45,381 nt of DNA from Gammaproteobacteria bacterium. Lineage in GTDB: Bacteria > Pseudomonadota > Gammaproteobacteria > JACCXJ01. Below, in pieces: positions 36,322 through 45,294 of the stretch (within the stretch, counting starts at the first letter, position 1; each line of letters opens with the position of its first letter). The DNA lies in contig JBOIDW010000024.1 in the NCBI GenBank assembly GCA_050740655.1, positions 1 through 45,381 on the forward strand. Reading direction: 5' to 3'. The position numbers and the translations under genes are program-made. The notes below the pieces were generated by a model. The model was not told the origin of the DNA. It was given only the letters and a program-made list of their open reading frames with translations, and did no database searches.

Positions 36322-37167
36322 ATGAGCAACTTCTTCTTCCTGACGAATATCTCGAGATTTTCTCCCGATCTCAAGCGCTACAGCGGCGAGAACGCCTTGG
36401 TATTGGCCGACTGCGCGCGGCTCGCCTACGAGCCGGAGGCGGTGGTGAAATCCAAGCTGAGCGGGGAATGGCACTTCCCGGCCGAGCAGGTCCGCTGTTT
36501 CAGTGGGCGGAGCACCCAGGCGTTTATCGCCGCCAACCAGCGCTGCGTGATCCTGGCCTTCCGCGGCACCGAGTTTACCCGGATCGCGGATTGGTTTAGA
36601 AACCTCGACGCCGATTTTGAGCTGACCGCCCTGGGCCGCGTGCATGATGGTTTTCACAAGGCCTTGCAGGAGGTCTGGAGCAGTGAGCAGGGGGTCAAGG
36701 CGGCTATCGAACGGTTTCGCGACCGCGGGCAACCCATCTGGGTCACGGGCCATAGCCTGGGCGGGGCCTTGGCGTTACTCGCCGCCGCGGAACTCGAGTT
36801 GAGACTCGCGACCCCGGTGCACGGGCTATACACCATAGGCCAACCGCGGGTCGGCGATGAGTTCTTCTTGCGCGCCGTGAACCGCGCGCTAAGCGAGCGC
36901 TACTATCGGTTCGTCAATAACAACGACGTCGTGACGCGGGTCCCGGCCTCGGTCTATGGTTACCGGCACGCGGGCAGACTATTGTATTTCGATACGCAAG
37001 AGCGCCTGCTCGATCGGCTGCCGTGGTGGCTGGAGACACTGGAGGCAGTGCGGGGTACGGTCAAGGGCTTGCGCCAGTTACAACCCGACGTGATCGGCGA
37101 TCACGGTACGGCCGAATACGTGCGTCTGATCGAAAAAAACCGAGCCGTCGCGACACGCTGGTCGTGA
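36322..37167 (+). CDS. class 3 lipase family protein
   Basis: Nucleophile elbow VTGHSLGGALALLAA with the preceding AFRGT block. Start set at ATG 36322. Confidence 0.75.
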   Translation: MSNFFFLTNISRFSPDLKRYSGENALVLADCARLAYEPEAVVKSKLSGEWHFPAEQVRCFSGRSTQAFIAANQRCVILAFRGTEFTRIADWFRNLDADFELTALGRVHDGFHKALQEVWSSEQGVKAAIERFRDRGQPIWVTGHSLGGALALLAAAELELRLATPVHGLYTIGQPRVGDEFFLRAVNRALSERYYRFVNNNDVVTRVPASVYGYRHAGRLLYFDTQERLLDRLPWWLETLEAVRGTVKGLRQLQPDVIGDHGTAEYVRLIEKNRAVATRWS

Positions 37168-37273
37168 TCGGGTCATGGTCCCCAACCCCCTTGATGGTCG
37201 GTGTCTAAACCCGTGGCCGATCATTGATCTTTCGCGCATCTCCGGGGCGCAAAGAACACCATGATGGACTGTC

Positions 37274-37837
37274 TTGAGCCGCCAAACGACGTTACAATCC
37301 GCGCCTTTCGTTGCGGTTCAGACGATTACTTTGACCTATCCGATCAGATTGACCCTATCCGGGCTCGCAATCGGCCTGCTGCTGGCGCCGACCGCGCACG
37401 GCCAAGTCACCGTCGGGTGTGTCGAGAAGGTGCGCGTCGAGCCCGGTGATCTGGTGCTCAAGGCCAAGGTCGATACCGGCGCCAAGCATTCCTCGCTCAA
37501 TGCGCGGCACATCCGCGAGATAAACCGCGACGGGGAACGCTGGTACGCTTCGAGTTCGGGGATAAGAGAGGCCATCGAGTGGTACTGGAGCGCCCTTTTA
37601 AAGCGCCGGGCCACGATCGAACGCCATTTCGGCAAGCAGCAGACCCGCCCGGTGGTGGAGCTGGGGCTGTGTATGGGCACGCTGTATAAAACGGTCGAAG
37701 TGAATCTGGTTAATCGTATGGGCTTCATCTATCCCATGCTCATCGGGCGTAGTTTCCTAACGCGGGACATAGCGGTCGATCCGTCCCGGACCTTCATTCA
37801 TCGTCCGGATTGCGAGCCGGAAGCGGCGCATGGGTAG
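37274..37837 (+). CDS. DUF785 / retropepsin-like 'ATP-dependent zinc protease' family protein (possible internal compensated frameshift)
   Basis: LKAKVDTGAKHSSLNA (D-T-G-A), ..TRPVVEL.., NRMGFIYPMLIGRSFL and VDPS family blocks. Putative signal peptide. TTG start at 37274 or 37331. See the finding on 37541-37600. Confidence 0.7.
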   Translation: MSRQTTLQSAPFVAVQTITLTYPIRLTLSGLAIGLLLAPTAHGQVTVGCVEKVRVEPGDLVLKAKVDTGAKHSSLNARHIREINRDGERWYASSSGIREAIEWYWSALLKRRATIERHFGKQQTRPVVELGLCMGTLYKTVEVNLVNRMGFIYPMLIGRSFLTRDIAVDPSRTFIHRPDCEPEAAHG

Positions 37838-39365
37838 CCGGCAGGTCTATTGGGTGGCGGCATTCCTGCTGCTGACCGGCCTGGGACTGTTCCTGTACAA
37901 GGTCATCGACCTGGGATTCCCCCTGGTCCCCGGGGAAAAGTCCGATCACTGGGAGATAGAGGCGCAGGTGCAATTTACCGCCCGGAACAAACCGGTCAAG
38001 GTCGCTCTCTACATCCCACGCAGCACGCGGCGCTTCGCGGTAGAGGACGAGAGCTTCATCTCCCGCGGCTACGGGCTGACCACCACCCTGGTCGACGGCG
38101 ATCGCCTGGCTGTATGGGCGGTACGCAGGGCGAGCGGGCGGCAGGCGCTGTACTACCGCTCCATGGTGCAGGACCTCGCCTCGACCACAGAAGAACTCGC
38201 CGGCCCCGCGCCTAAGCTGGACGAGGAGGTCCCGTTCCAGGAGGCGGCGCTCGCTGCCGCGCAGTCCCTGCTCGTCGAGGCCAGGGAAAAATCCGCCGAT
38301 ACCGACACCCTCGTCAAGGAAATCTTGAAGCGCCTCGCCGAGCCCAAACCGGACAACACCTTGGTAGTCCTGTTGGGCCCGCGACCCAACGCCACGCGCA
38401 TCACCGAGACGGCCGTGCGGGTGCTGGCGATGGCCAAGGTCCCGGCGCGCATGCTGCGCGGGGTCCGGCTCGCCTCCGCTGAGGCGGGCGGCGGCATCGT
38501 GCCTTGGTTACAAGTGTATACCGAGGGCAAATGGATCGGGTATGACCCCATGAGCCGCACGACCGGACTCCCGGCCGATCTGCTGGTCTTTGCACGCGGC
38601 CATAAACCGGTGCTGGAGACGAGCGGGGTGCGCGGCGCGGAGCTCACCGTCACGGTGCGGCGCAGCGAGGCCGAAGGCCTGGAGGCCGCTACCACCCGTG
38701 GCCGCGCCCTCAATCCGCATCTATTGGAATTCTCTCTGCTGAGCCTGCCCGTCAAGACTCAGCTCGTCTATCAGGTGCTCATCATGGTCCCGATCGGGGC
38801 CTTTATGCTGATTCTCATGCGTAGCATCGTTGGCGTGAAGACCTTCGGAACCTTCATGCCGGTGTTGATCGGCCTTGCGTTTCGCGAGACCCAGCTCGTA
38901 TGGGGTGTGGTGCTGTTCAGCGCCGTGGTGGCACTGGGGCTCGTGGTACGGTTTTACTTCGAGCATCTCAAGCTGCTCCTGGTCCCGCGCCTCGCGGCCG
39001 TGCTCATCGTCGTGGTGTTGCTCATGGCAATGCTGAGCATCGTAAGCCACCAGCTGGGCCTGGAGCGCGGGCTTTCCGTGGCCTTGTTCCCCATGGTGAT
39101 CATGACGATGACCATCGAGCGTATGTCGATCGTATGGGAGGAACGGGGTGCAGGGGAGGCCCTGCAACAAGGCCTCGGCAGCCTGCTGGTGGCGGCGCTC
39201 ACCTACCTCGCCATGAGCGACGCCTATCTTCAGCATCTGATATTCGTCTTCCCCGAGCTGTTGCTGGTCTTGCTCGCGGCCTCGCTGCTGCTCGGCCGCT
39301 ACACGGGTTATCGGCTGGTCGAGCTACGGCGCTTCAAAGCCCTCGCCAAACCACCGGGCGCATGA
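37830..39365 (+). CDS. membrane protein: N-terminal ~300-aa soluble (transglutaminase-like, reportedly inactive) domain fused to a ~7-TM C-terminal domain (UUP1-type)
   Basis: One N-terminal TM, a soluble region, then dense hydrophobic helices from about aa 300 (LVYQVLIMVPIGAFMLILM.., VVLFSAVVALGLVV.., AAVLIVVVLLMAML..). The ATG overlaps the upstream gene by 8 nt. Family name comes from remembered gene context. Confidence 0.7.
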   Translation: MGSRQVYWVAAFLLLTGLGLFLYKVIDLGFPLVPGEKSDHWEIEAQVQFTARNKPVKVALYIPRSTRRFAVEDESFISRGYGLTTTLVDGDRLAVWAVRRASGRQALYYRSMVQDLASTTEELAGPAPKLDEEVPFQEAALAAAQSLLVEAREKSADTDTLVKEILKRLAEPKPDNTLVVLLGPRPNATRITETAVRVLAMAKVPARMLRGVRLASAEAGGGIVPWLQVYTEGKWIGYDPMSRTTGLPADLLVFARGHKPVLETSGVRGAELTVTVRRSEAEGLEAATTRGRALNPHLLEFSLLSLPVKTQLVYQVLIMVPIGAFMLILMRSIVGVKTFGTFMPVLIGLAFRETQLVWGVVLFSAVVALGLVVRFYFEHLKLLLVPRLAAVLIVVVLLMAMLSIVSHQLGLERGLSVALFPMVIMTMTIERMSIVWEERGAGEALQQGLGSLLVAALTYLAMSDAYLQHLIFVFPELLLVLLAASLLLGRYTGYRLVELRRFKALAKPPGA

Positions 39366-40324
39366 CCCTCGGCCTCGGCAAGCAATTGCGCGCGGCGGGC
39401 GTCCTCGGCCTCAACCGGCGCAATAACCGTTACACCTTGGTGTACAACCGCCGAGAGTTGTATCCGCTAGTGGACGATAAGCTCCGCACCAAGCAGCTTG
39501 CGCTGGCCGCGGGACTGGCGGTGCCCGATCTGTACGGCGTGGTGGAGATCGAGCATCAAGTGCTGGAGCTCGACGCCTGGCTCTCACGCTATCCCGACTT
39601 CGTGATCAAGCCGGCGCAGGGCAGCGGCGGGGACGGCGTGCTAGTCGTGATCGGCCGGGCCAAGAACGCCTACCGGCTCGCTACCGGGCTCCTGATGGAC
39701 AGCGCGGAGCTGGGCCATTATGTCTCGAACATCTTGAACGGGCTGTTCAGCCTGGGCGGCCATCCGGATAAGGCCTTGATCGAATATTGCGTGCAATTCG
39801 ATCCGATGTTCGCCGCCATCAGCTATCAAGGCGTGCCGGACATCCGCATCATCACGTTCCTGGGCTTTCCGGTGATGGCCATGGTACGGCTGCCGACGCG
39901 GCAATCGAACGGCAAGGCCAACCTGCACCAGGGGGCGATCGGGGTGGGCATCGATCTCGCGAGCGGCCGGACTCTGACGGCGGTCTGGGGCAACGACGTG
40001 GTCCACGAGCATCCCGACACCGGCCACCCTGTCACCGGGATTACCGTCCCGCATTGGGAGCGCCTGCTGGAGATCGCGGCGCGTTCCTACGAGCTGACCG
40101 GCCTCGGCTACGTCGGCGTGGACATCGTGCTGGACCACCACAAGGGTCCGCTATTGTTGGAGGCCAATGCCCGCCCGGGCCTGAATATCCAGATCGCCAA
40201 TGGCACCGGCCTACTGCCCAGGTTGAAGCAGGTCGAGCAGGTCGCCTCGCGCCCGTTCAGCGTGGCAGAACGCATCGCGTTCGCAAGAGAACGGTTTGCG
40301 GTGCCGGAACCGCCAGCGCAATAA
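39362..40324 (+). CDS. alpha-L-glutamate ligase-like (RimK-related ATP-grasp) protein
   Basis: MTLGLGKQLRAAGVLGLNRRNNRYTLVYN.. N-terminus typical of the RimK-related family. ATP-grasp blocks FVIKPAQGSGGDGVLVV and GVDIVLDHHKGPLLLEANARPGL. ATGA overlap with the upstream stop. Confidence 0.85.
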   Translation: MTLGLGKQLRAAGVLGLNRRNNRYTLVYNRRELYPLVDDKLRTKQLALAAGLAVPDLYGVVEIEHQVLELDAWLSRYPDFVIKPAQGSGGDGVLVVIGRAKNAYRLATGLLMDSAELGHYVSNILNGLFSLGGHPDKALIEYCVQFDPMFAAISYQGVPDIRIITFLGFPVMAMVRLPTRQSNGKANLHQGAIGVGIDLASGRTLTAVWGNDVVHEHPDTGHPVTGITVPHWERLLEIAARSYELTGLGYVGVDIVLDHHKGPLLLEANARPGLNIQIANGTGLLPRLKQVEQVASRPFSVAERIAFARERFAVPEPPAQ

Positions 40325-40361
40325 ATGGCATGACATTCGCACTCAGGATCGCGTCGGTGTC

Positions 40362-40394
40362 GGCCGGATTTGAACTTTACGAATAAATCCGGCC
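40362..40394 (+). terminator. stem-loop after the ligase gene (GGCCGGATTT/AAATCCGGCC)
   Basis: 10-bp perfect stem with a 13-nt loop, 38 nt after the stop. The downstream T-tract is weak. Confidence 0.4.
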
Positions 40395-40515
40395 TAATGC
40401 GCGACAAGGAAGGCAGTTTCACAGGACGTGAGGATGCTAGGCGCTAGATGAGTCCTTTGTCGTAAGAGCTTGTTGCGCACTTAGTTAGCTCTAACTCTTA
40501 ATAAGGCTTCTTTTA

Positions 40516-40722
40516 ATGCGTACCGGAAAAGTAAAGTGGTTCAATGATTCTAAAGGTTTCGGCTTCATCGCCCCGGAAGACGGCGGAGAAGACGTGTTTG
40601 TGCATCACTCTTCGATAAAGGCACAGGGCTTCAAGTCTCTGAGTGAGGGACAAGTCGTTCAGTTCGAGTCCCAAAAGGGTCCGAAAGGCCCCAAGGCGAC
40701 CGTGGTGGTCCCAAGCGCCTAA
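40516..40722 (+). CDS. cold-shock protein (CspA family)
   Basis: [12 protein letters not shown] (RNP1) and DVFVHHS (RNP2). A long AT-rich 5' leader is typical of csp genes. Confidence 0.9.
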   Translation: MRTGKVKWFNDSKGFGFIAPEDGGEDVFVHHSSIKAQGFKSLSEGQVVQFESQKGPKGPKATVVVPSA

Positions 40723-40744
40723 GGGCTCAAGGGTCGGCTTCCGC

Positions 40745-40781
40745 AAAAACCCCCGTCATCCACGGGGGTTTTTGTTTTTTT
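40745..40781. terminator. bidirectional rho-independent terminator between convergent genes
   Basis: AAAAA-CCCCCGT-catcc-ACGGGGG-TTTTTGTTTTTTT. An A-run and a T-run flank a 7-bp GC stem. Confidence 0.8.
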
Positions 40782-40789
40782 GGGAGGTG

Positions 40790-42172
40790 TCACGGGGTCG
40801 CCGTGGCGGCCGGATCGAAGGCGAGCGCAGGCGGGTCTAGCGGTAGGGCGACCAGATCCGCACCGCTCGCGATGACTAGCCCACCGCCGAGGTGTAGCGA
40901 CCGGATGGCCCGGGCTCGCTCGCGATCCCCGCCCCCACTGTGCGTATCGCTATAGACCCAGAGCAGATTCCCGTCTCGTCCCACAGCCTGTACGCACCCA
41001 TCGTTATAGCCGACGAAGATGGTACCGTCCGACCCAATCACGGGGCTGGTTGTAACCTGAGTCGCGCGCGGTGCCGTTACCGGATGACTGCCTATCCGCG
41101 GCGGTAGGACGTGCCAACTTAGATGCCCTTCGGCCGACAGGGCCCTGAGGCCGTCGGCCCCCAAGTAGAGGGTTCCGTCCGGTCCTAAGACCGGCGCCTG
41201 GGGGACCTCGCCGGCTGGCGGGGCGAGCCGATAATGCCATTTCCGGGTCCCGTCTCGCGTGTAGGCAGAGACCTCGCCTCGACAGGCGATATACAGTGTC
41301 CCGTCCGGCCCGAAGGTGATCCCGGAGTTGGCGCATGGCGGTGTCCCTGGATAGGCCACCTCCCAGTGGAGATACCCGTTCGCGCCCAATGCGGCGAGGG
41401 TCCCGGGAAGACCTGTCGCGTACAACGAACCATCCGGTCCGATGCCGATCCGACTGAAGGCACCTGCGCGGCTGCGATAGGCCCACAGCGATTCGCCCAT
41501 CTCGTTGTAGGCAACGACCTTTCCCCCGGTGACCACGTAAACACGGTTGGCCGGCCCCACCCGGAGGTCGCTCAAGAGAATGGTCAGCTCGCGGGACCAT
41601 AGCCCATCCCCGCTACGACTGAAGGCATGTAGCCATCGCAGGTTCTCGACGGCATAGGTCAGGCCGGACGGGGCTATATTGATATGCGAAAATGCCGCGG
41701 ACGCCTTCTGCCCTCGGTGCACCCAGAGCTGCCGCCCGGCGGTGTCAAACGCCAGCAGACGACCGCGCATACCCACAAGCAGCCTGCCGGCGGGATCCAA
41801 GACCGGCACCCCGAGACTGCGGTCTTCGCCATTATCGGCTGCGCGCTTCCAGCGTAATGAACCATCCCGACGCAATGCCAATAATGCGCCGCCGCTGCTG
41901 AGGTATAGCCCGCCTTGCGGATCAACCGCCGGCCCGCTCGCCCCCGCGGCGGCTGATTCCGCGTAGCGCCAGGCGATCATCGGTGCGGGACCGGCAGGTG
42001 CACCACTGTGCGGGCCTGGAGATTCGCCGCCGGGGGTCGCGAGGACGCGGGTGCTATCCGTCAAGTCGGGATTTGCCCGCACACAGAACAGCACCGTACA
42101 GGCGGCTAGAGTAACGCTGAGGCAATACCAAATCAGGACGCGGGTCGGATCCCGCCGGATAGCGTGCGGCAT
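40790..42172 (-). CDS. PQQ-like (BamB-type) beta-propeller repeat protein, probably a lipoprotein
   Basis: N-terminal ..SVTLAAC lipobox-like signal. At least 7 repeats of the form G.L.A....G...W (LALRRDGSLRW, LAFDTAGRQLW, VAYNEMGESLW, AALGANGYLHW, SAYTRDGTRKW, RALSAEGHLSW, QAVGRDGNLLW). Confidence 0.75.
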   Translation of the reverse strand: MPHAIRRDPTRVLIWYCLSVTLAACTVLFCVRANPDLTDSTRVLATPGGESPGPHSGAPAGPAPMIAWRYAESAAAGASGPAVDPQGGLYLSSGGALLALRRDGSLRWKRAADNGEDRSLGVPVLDPAGRLLVGMRGRLLAFDTAGRQLWVHRGQKASAAFSHINIAPSGLTYAVENLRWLHAFSRSGDGLWSRELTILLSDLRVGPANRVYVVTGGKVVAYNEMGESLWAYRSRAGAFSRIGIGPDGSLYATGLPGTLAALGANGYLHWEVAYPGTPPCANSGITFGPDGTLYIACRGEVSAYTRDGTRKWHYRLAPPAGEVPQAPVLGPDGTLYLGADGLRALSAEGHLSWHVLPPRIGSHPVTAPRATQVTTSPVIGSDGTIFVGYNDGCVQAVGRDGNLLWVYSDTHSGGGDRERARAIRSLHLGGGLVIASGADLVALPLDPPALAFDPAATATP

Positions 42173-42347
42173 GACAACAGGCCTGATGTAACTCCTTGTA
42201 GGGGAAGCCGGGACGCGCCCAGTGCGGTATGGGCTGTGGCCTGTGACGCAGGCCGGTGCCTTCGCTAGCGACCGCGCGAAATACAGCTTGAGGGCGGGAG
42301 GGGATCATTGTGACGGGCGTCCCGGCCCGTCCGACGACGGCGCCGTG

Positions 42348-43286
42348 CTAAGGCCGTTGCTCGAGCTCGGCGCCTTCCTTCTTGACCGGAAGCAGATCGG
42401 CGCGGCTCACGCCCAGGATCAAGGCCACCGGGCTGGCCACGTAGATCGAGGAGAAGGTGCCGATGATGACGCCTAGTATCAGCGTCAGGGAGAAGCCACC
42501 GACGACAGCGCCGGCCAGAAAGTACAGGGCGATGAGGACCATGAGCGTAGTAGGACCGGTGACGAGGGTCCGCGACAAGGTCTCGTTGACCGAGCGGTTC
42601 ATGACCTCCAGCGAGGACTCCTTGCGCAGCTTGCGGAAGTTCTCGCGGATCCGATCGAAAACCACGATGGTGTCATTGATGGAATAGCCGACGACGGTCA
42701 GGATGGCGGCCAGCATATTGAGATCGAATTGCAAGCCGAGCATGCTGACGATGCCGGTGGTGATGATGAGGTCATGGAGTGTGGCGACCACCGAGGCGAG
42801 CGCGAGACGCGACTCGAAACGCAGGCCCACGTAGATCAGGATCCCGATCAGTGCGAAGAGCAGCGCGAGTCCGCCGCCTTCCAGCAGCTCTTCTCCCACC
42901 TGAGGTCCGACGAACTCCTGCTGGCGCATCTCCACGTTGACGTCCGTAACTTGGCGTAAGGCCCGCAATACCTGCTCGCCGATCTGGGCGCTCGCCTCCT
43001 CACCCCGAGACGGGATACGCACCAGGACGCCCTTCGAGGTCCCGACCTGCTGCACGACCGCATCGGCAAAGCCACCGTCGGCCAGGGCTTTGCGCACCGC
43101 GCCTAACTCGGTCGGCCCGGCGTATTCCACCTCGACCAAGGTGCCGCCGGTGAAATCGATGCCGAGATTGAAACCGCGGAACACGAAGGAGGCAATCGAC
43201 ATCAGGAACAGCACCACGGAGATGCCGATGGCGACGTCGCGTTTGCCCATGAAATCGTAATTCGGGGTCTTCTTGAAGAAATCCAT
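42348..43286 (-). CDS. secF: protein translocase subunit SecF
   Basis: 312 aa. N-terminus DFMGKR..A...S......S......G.N.GIDFTGGT and a 6-TM SecD/F core. Confidence 0.9.
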   Translation of the reverse strand: MDFFKKTPNYDFMGKRDVAIGISVVLFLMSIASFVFRGFNLGIDFTGGTLVEVEYAGPTELGAVRKALADGGFADAVVQQVGTSKGVLVRIPSRGEEASAQIGEQVLRALRQVTDVNVEMRQQEFVGPQVGEELLEGGGLALLFALIGILIYVGLRFESRLALASVVATLHDLIITTGIVSMLGLQFDLNMLAAILTVVGYSINDTIVVFDRIRENFRKLRKESSLEVMNRSVNETLSRTLVTGPTTLMVLIALYFLAGAVVGGFSLTLILGVIIGTFSSIYVASPVALILGVSRADLLPVKKEGAELEQRP

Positions 43287-43306
43287 AGCGATCGAATCCC
43301 GGCCGG

Positions 43307-45163
43307 CTAAACCTTGAGCTTGTTCAGCCGCCGCCCGCCGTAGAGGAGATTGATGATGGCACGGGTGCCGGCGACGGCGGTAAACATCGAGGTGAGGATG
43401 CCGAGCGACAAGGTCACTGCAAAGCCCTTGACCGGCCCGCTGCCGAAGGCGAACAGCACCAGCGCCGCAATGAGCGTGGTGATGTTCGAATCGGCGATCG
43501 TGGCGATGGCCTTCTCATAACCCGCGTGTATGCTCGCCTGCGGCGTGTTGCGGTTACGCAGCTCCTCGCGGATGCGTTCGAAGATGAGCACGTTGGCGTC
43601 CACCGCCATGCCGACGGTGAGCACGATCCCGGCAATCCCCGGCAGCGTGAGCGTCGCTTGCAGCATCGACATCAAGGCGACCAGCAGGATTAGATTCAGG
43701 ACCAGCGCGATATCGGCGATGAGCCCGAACACGCCGTAATAGATCGCGGTGAATACCAGCACCGCGGCAAAGCCGGTCGCCGCCGCCCGATAACCCATGA
43801 CGATGTAGTCTTGACCGAGGCTGGGACCGATAGTGCGTTCCTCAATGATCGCCACCGGGGCGGATAGCGAGCCGGCGCGCAACAGCAACGCGAGGTTGCG
43901 TGCCGCCTCGGTATTGTCGAGGCCGGTGATCTGGAAGCGCTTGCTCAACTGTTCGCGGATCGTGGCCGTGTTGATCACGTGCTCCTCGGTTTTGGTCACG
44001 CGTTCCTCGCGCCCGTCCTTGACCCGTGTCTCGGACTTGCTTTCGATGAACACCACCGCCATGAGCCGCCCCACGTTGTCCTTGGTTGCGCGGCTAAAGA
44101 TGCTGGCGCCTTTCCCATCCAAGGTGATGAAGACCGCCGGGGTCCCTTCCGTCTGGTCGATGCCCGATGACGCGTCGGTGATGTACTCACCGGTCAGCAT
44201 CACCTGGCGCTTCAAGAGGACCGGATTATCCTCGCGGTCGCGGTACAGCTTGGAGCCGGCCGGGACCTTGCCCTCGGCCGCCTCCTGCGGGTTGTGCCCT
44301 TCATCGACCATCCGGAACTCCAGGGTCGCCGTCGCCCCGAGGATGGCCTTGGCGCGTGCCGTGTCCTGCACGCCCGGCAGTTGTACCACGATGCGCTCCG
44401 TGCCTTGCTGCTGAATGATAGGCTCGGCCACGCCCAGCTCGTTGACGCGATTGCGCAGCGTGGTCAGGTTTTGCTGTAGCGCCAGCTTACGCGTCTCGCG
44501 CAGATATTCCGGTTTAATGACGTAGTGTGAGATAGCCTCATCGGCCGGATCGTCCCCGGCCGGCATCAGGTCGGGCAGCGCCTCGCCCACGACCTCTGCG
44601 CCCTTGACGCGCCCCTCCTGGTCACGGAAGGTCACCCGGATGCCGCGACCCGGCTCGCGCGTGATGGACTTGTAGTAGACCCTCTTTTCTCGCAGCGTGG
44701 TCCGCAGATCGGCGACGAAACGCTCCTCTGCGGTATGCTGCACGGCCTTGAGGTCCACCTCCAGCAGGAAATGCACGCCGCCGCGCAGGTCCAGACCGAG
44801 ATACATGGGTTGTGCGCCGATGGTCTTAAGCCACTCCGGGCCGGCGGGCGCCAGGTTCAAGGCGCTTACATAATCGTCGCCCAGGGCCGCGCGTACGACG
44901 TCACTGGCCCTGAGCTGTGCCTCGATATCGGTAAACCGCACCAGGAGCGAACGCTCATCGCGGGACATGGATTGCGGTTTTAAACCGGCGTCCGACAGCA
45001 CCTCGGACAGCTTTTTTTCCAGCGCCGCATCGATCTTCGCACTCCCCTTGGGGTTGATTTGCAACGCGGGGTCCTGACCGAAGACGTTGGGTAAGGCATA
45101 CAGCACGCCGATTGCGACCAGACTCACGATCAGCAGATTCTTCCACCACGGGTAGCGATTCAT
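43307..45163 (-). CDS. secD: protein translocase subunit SecD
   Basis: 618 aa. MNRYPWWKN..LGLDLRGGVHF.. with a large periplasmic P1 domain and a C-terminal SecD/F TM core (LTLPGIAGIVLTVGMAVDANVLIFERIREE). Confidence 0.9.
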   Translation of the reverse strand: MNRYPWWKNLLIVSLVAIGVLYALPNVFGQDPALQINPKGSAKIDAALEKKLSEVLSDAGLKPQSMSRDERSLLVRFTDIEAQLRASDVVRAALGDDYVSALNLAPAGPEWLKTIGAQPMYLGLDLRGGVHFLLEVDLKAVQHTAEERFVADLRTTLREKRVYYKSITREPGRGIRVTFRDQEGRVKGAEVVGEALPDLMPAGDDPADEAISHYVIKPEYLRETRKLALQQNLTTLRNRVNELGVAEPIIQQQGTERIVVQLPGVQDTARAKAILGATATLEFRMVDEGHNPQEAAEGKVPAGSKLYRDREDNPVLLKRQVMLTGEYITDASSGIDQTEGTPAVFITLDGKGASIFSRATKDNVGRLMAVVFIESKSETRVKDGREERVTKTEEHVINTATIREQLSKRFQITGLDNTEAARNLALLLRAGSLSAPVAIIEERTIGPSLGQDYIVMGYRAAATGFAAVLVFTAIYYGVFGLIADIALVLNLILLVALMSMLQATLTLPGIAGIVLTVGMAVDANVLIFERIREELRNRNTPQASIHAGYEKAIATIADSNITTLIAALVLFAFGSGPVKGFAVTLSLGILTSMFTAVAGTRAIINLLYGGRRLNKLKV

Positions 45164-45294
45164 GCTTGGCTTCCGGTTTCGGGTTTAGCGCAACGGCACA
45201 CGTTGCACTGGCATTGAATAATTTCCGGCCGCACGGTGCGCAGCCACCTAAGTCCCAGCCAAACATATTTGAAATTTAGGCCTTTCGTTAAAAT

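Noticed and set aside
38900-39361. N-terminal 154-codon extension of the ligase ORF (ORF track 38900-40324).
   Set aside because: The extension lies inside the 7TM protein gene in another frame and is Arg/Pro/Gly junk. The family-typical N-terminus MTLGLGKQL.. starts at the ATGA overlap at 39362.
42312-42331. Hairpin GACGGGC-gtcccg-GCCCGTC just downstream of secF, as a possible terminator.
   Set aside because: No U-tract on the secF (minus) strand. A 7-bp GC stem is common in this composition.
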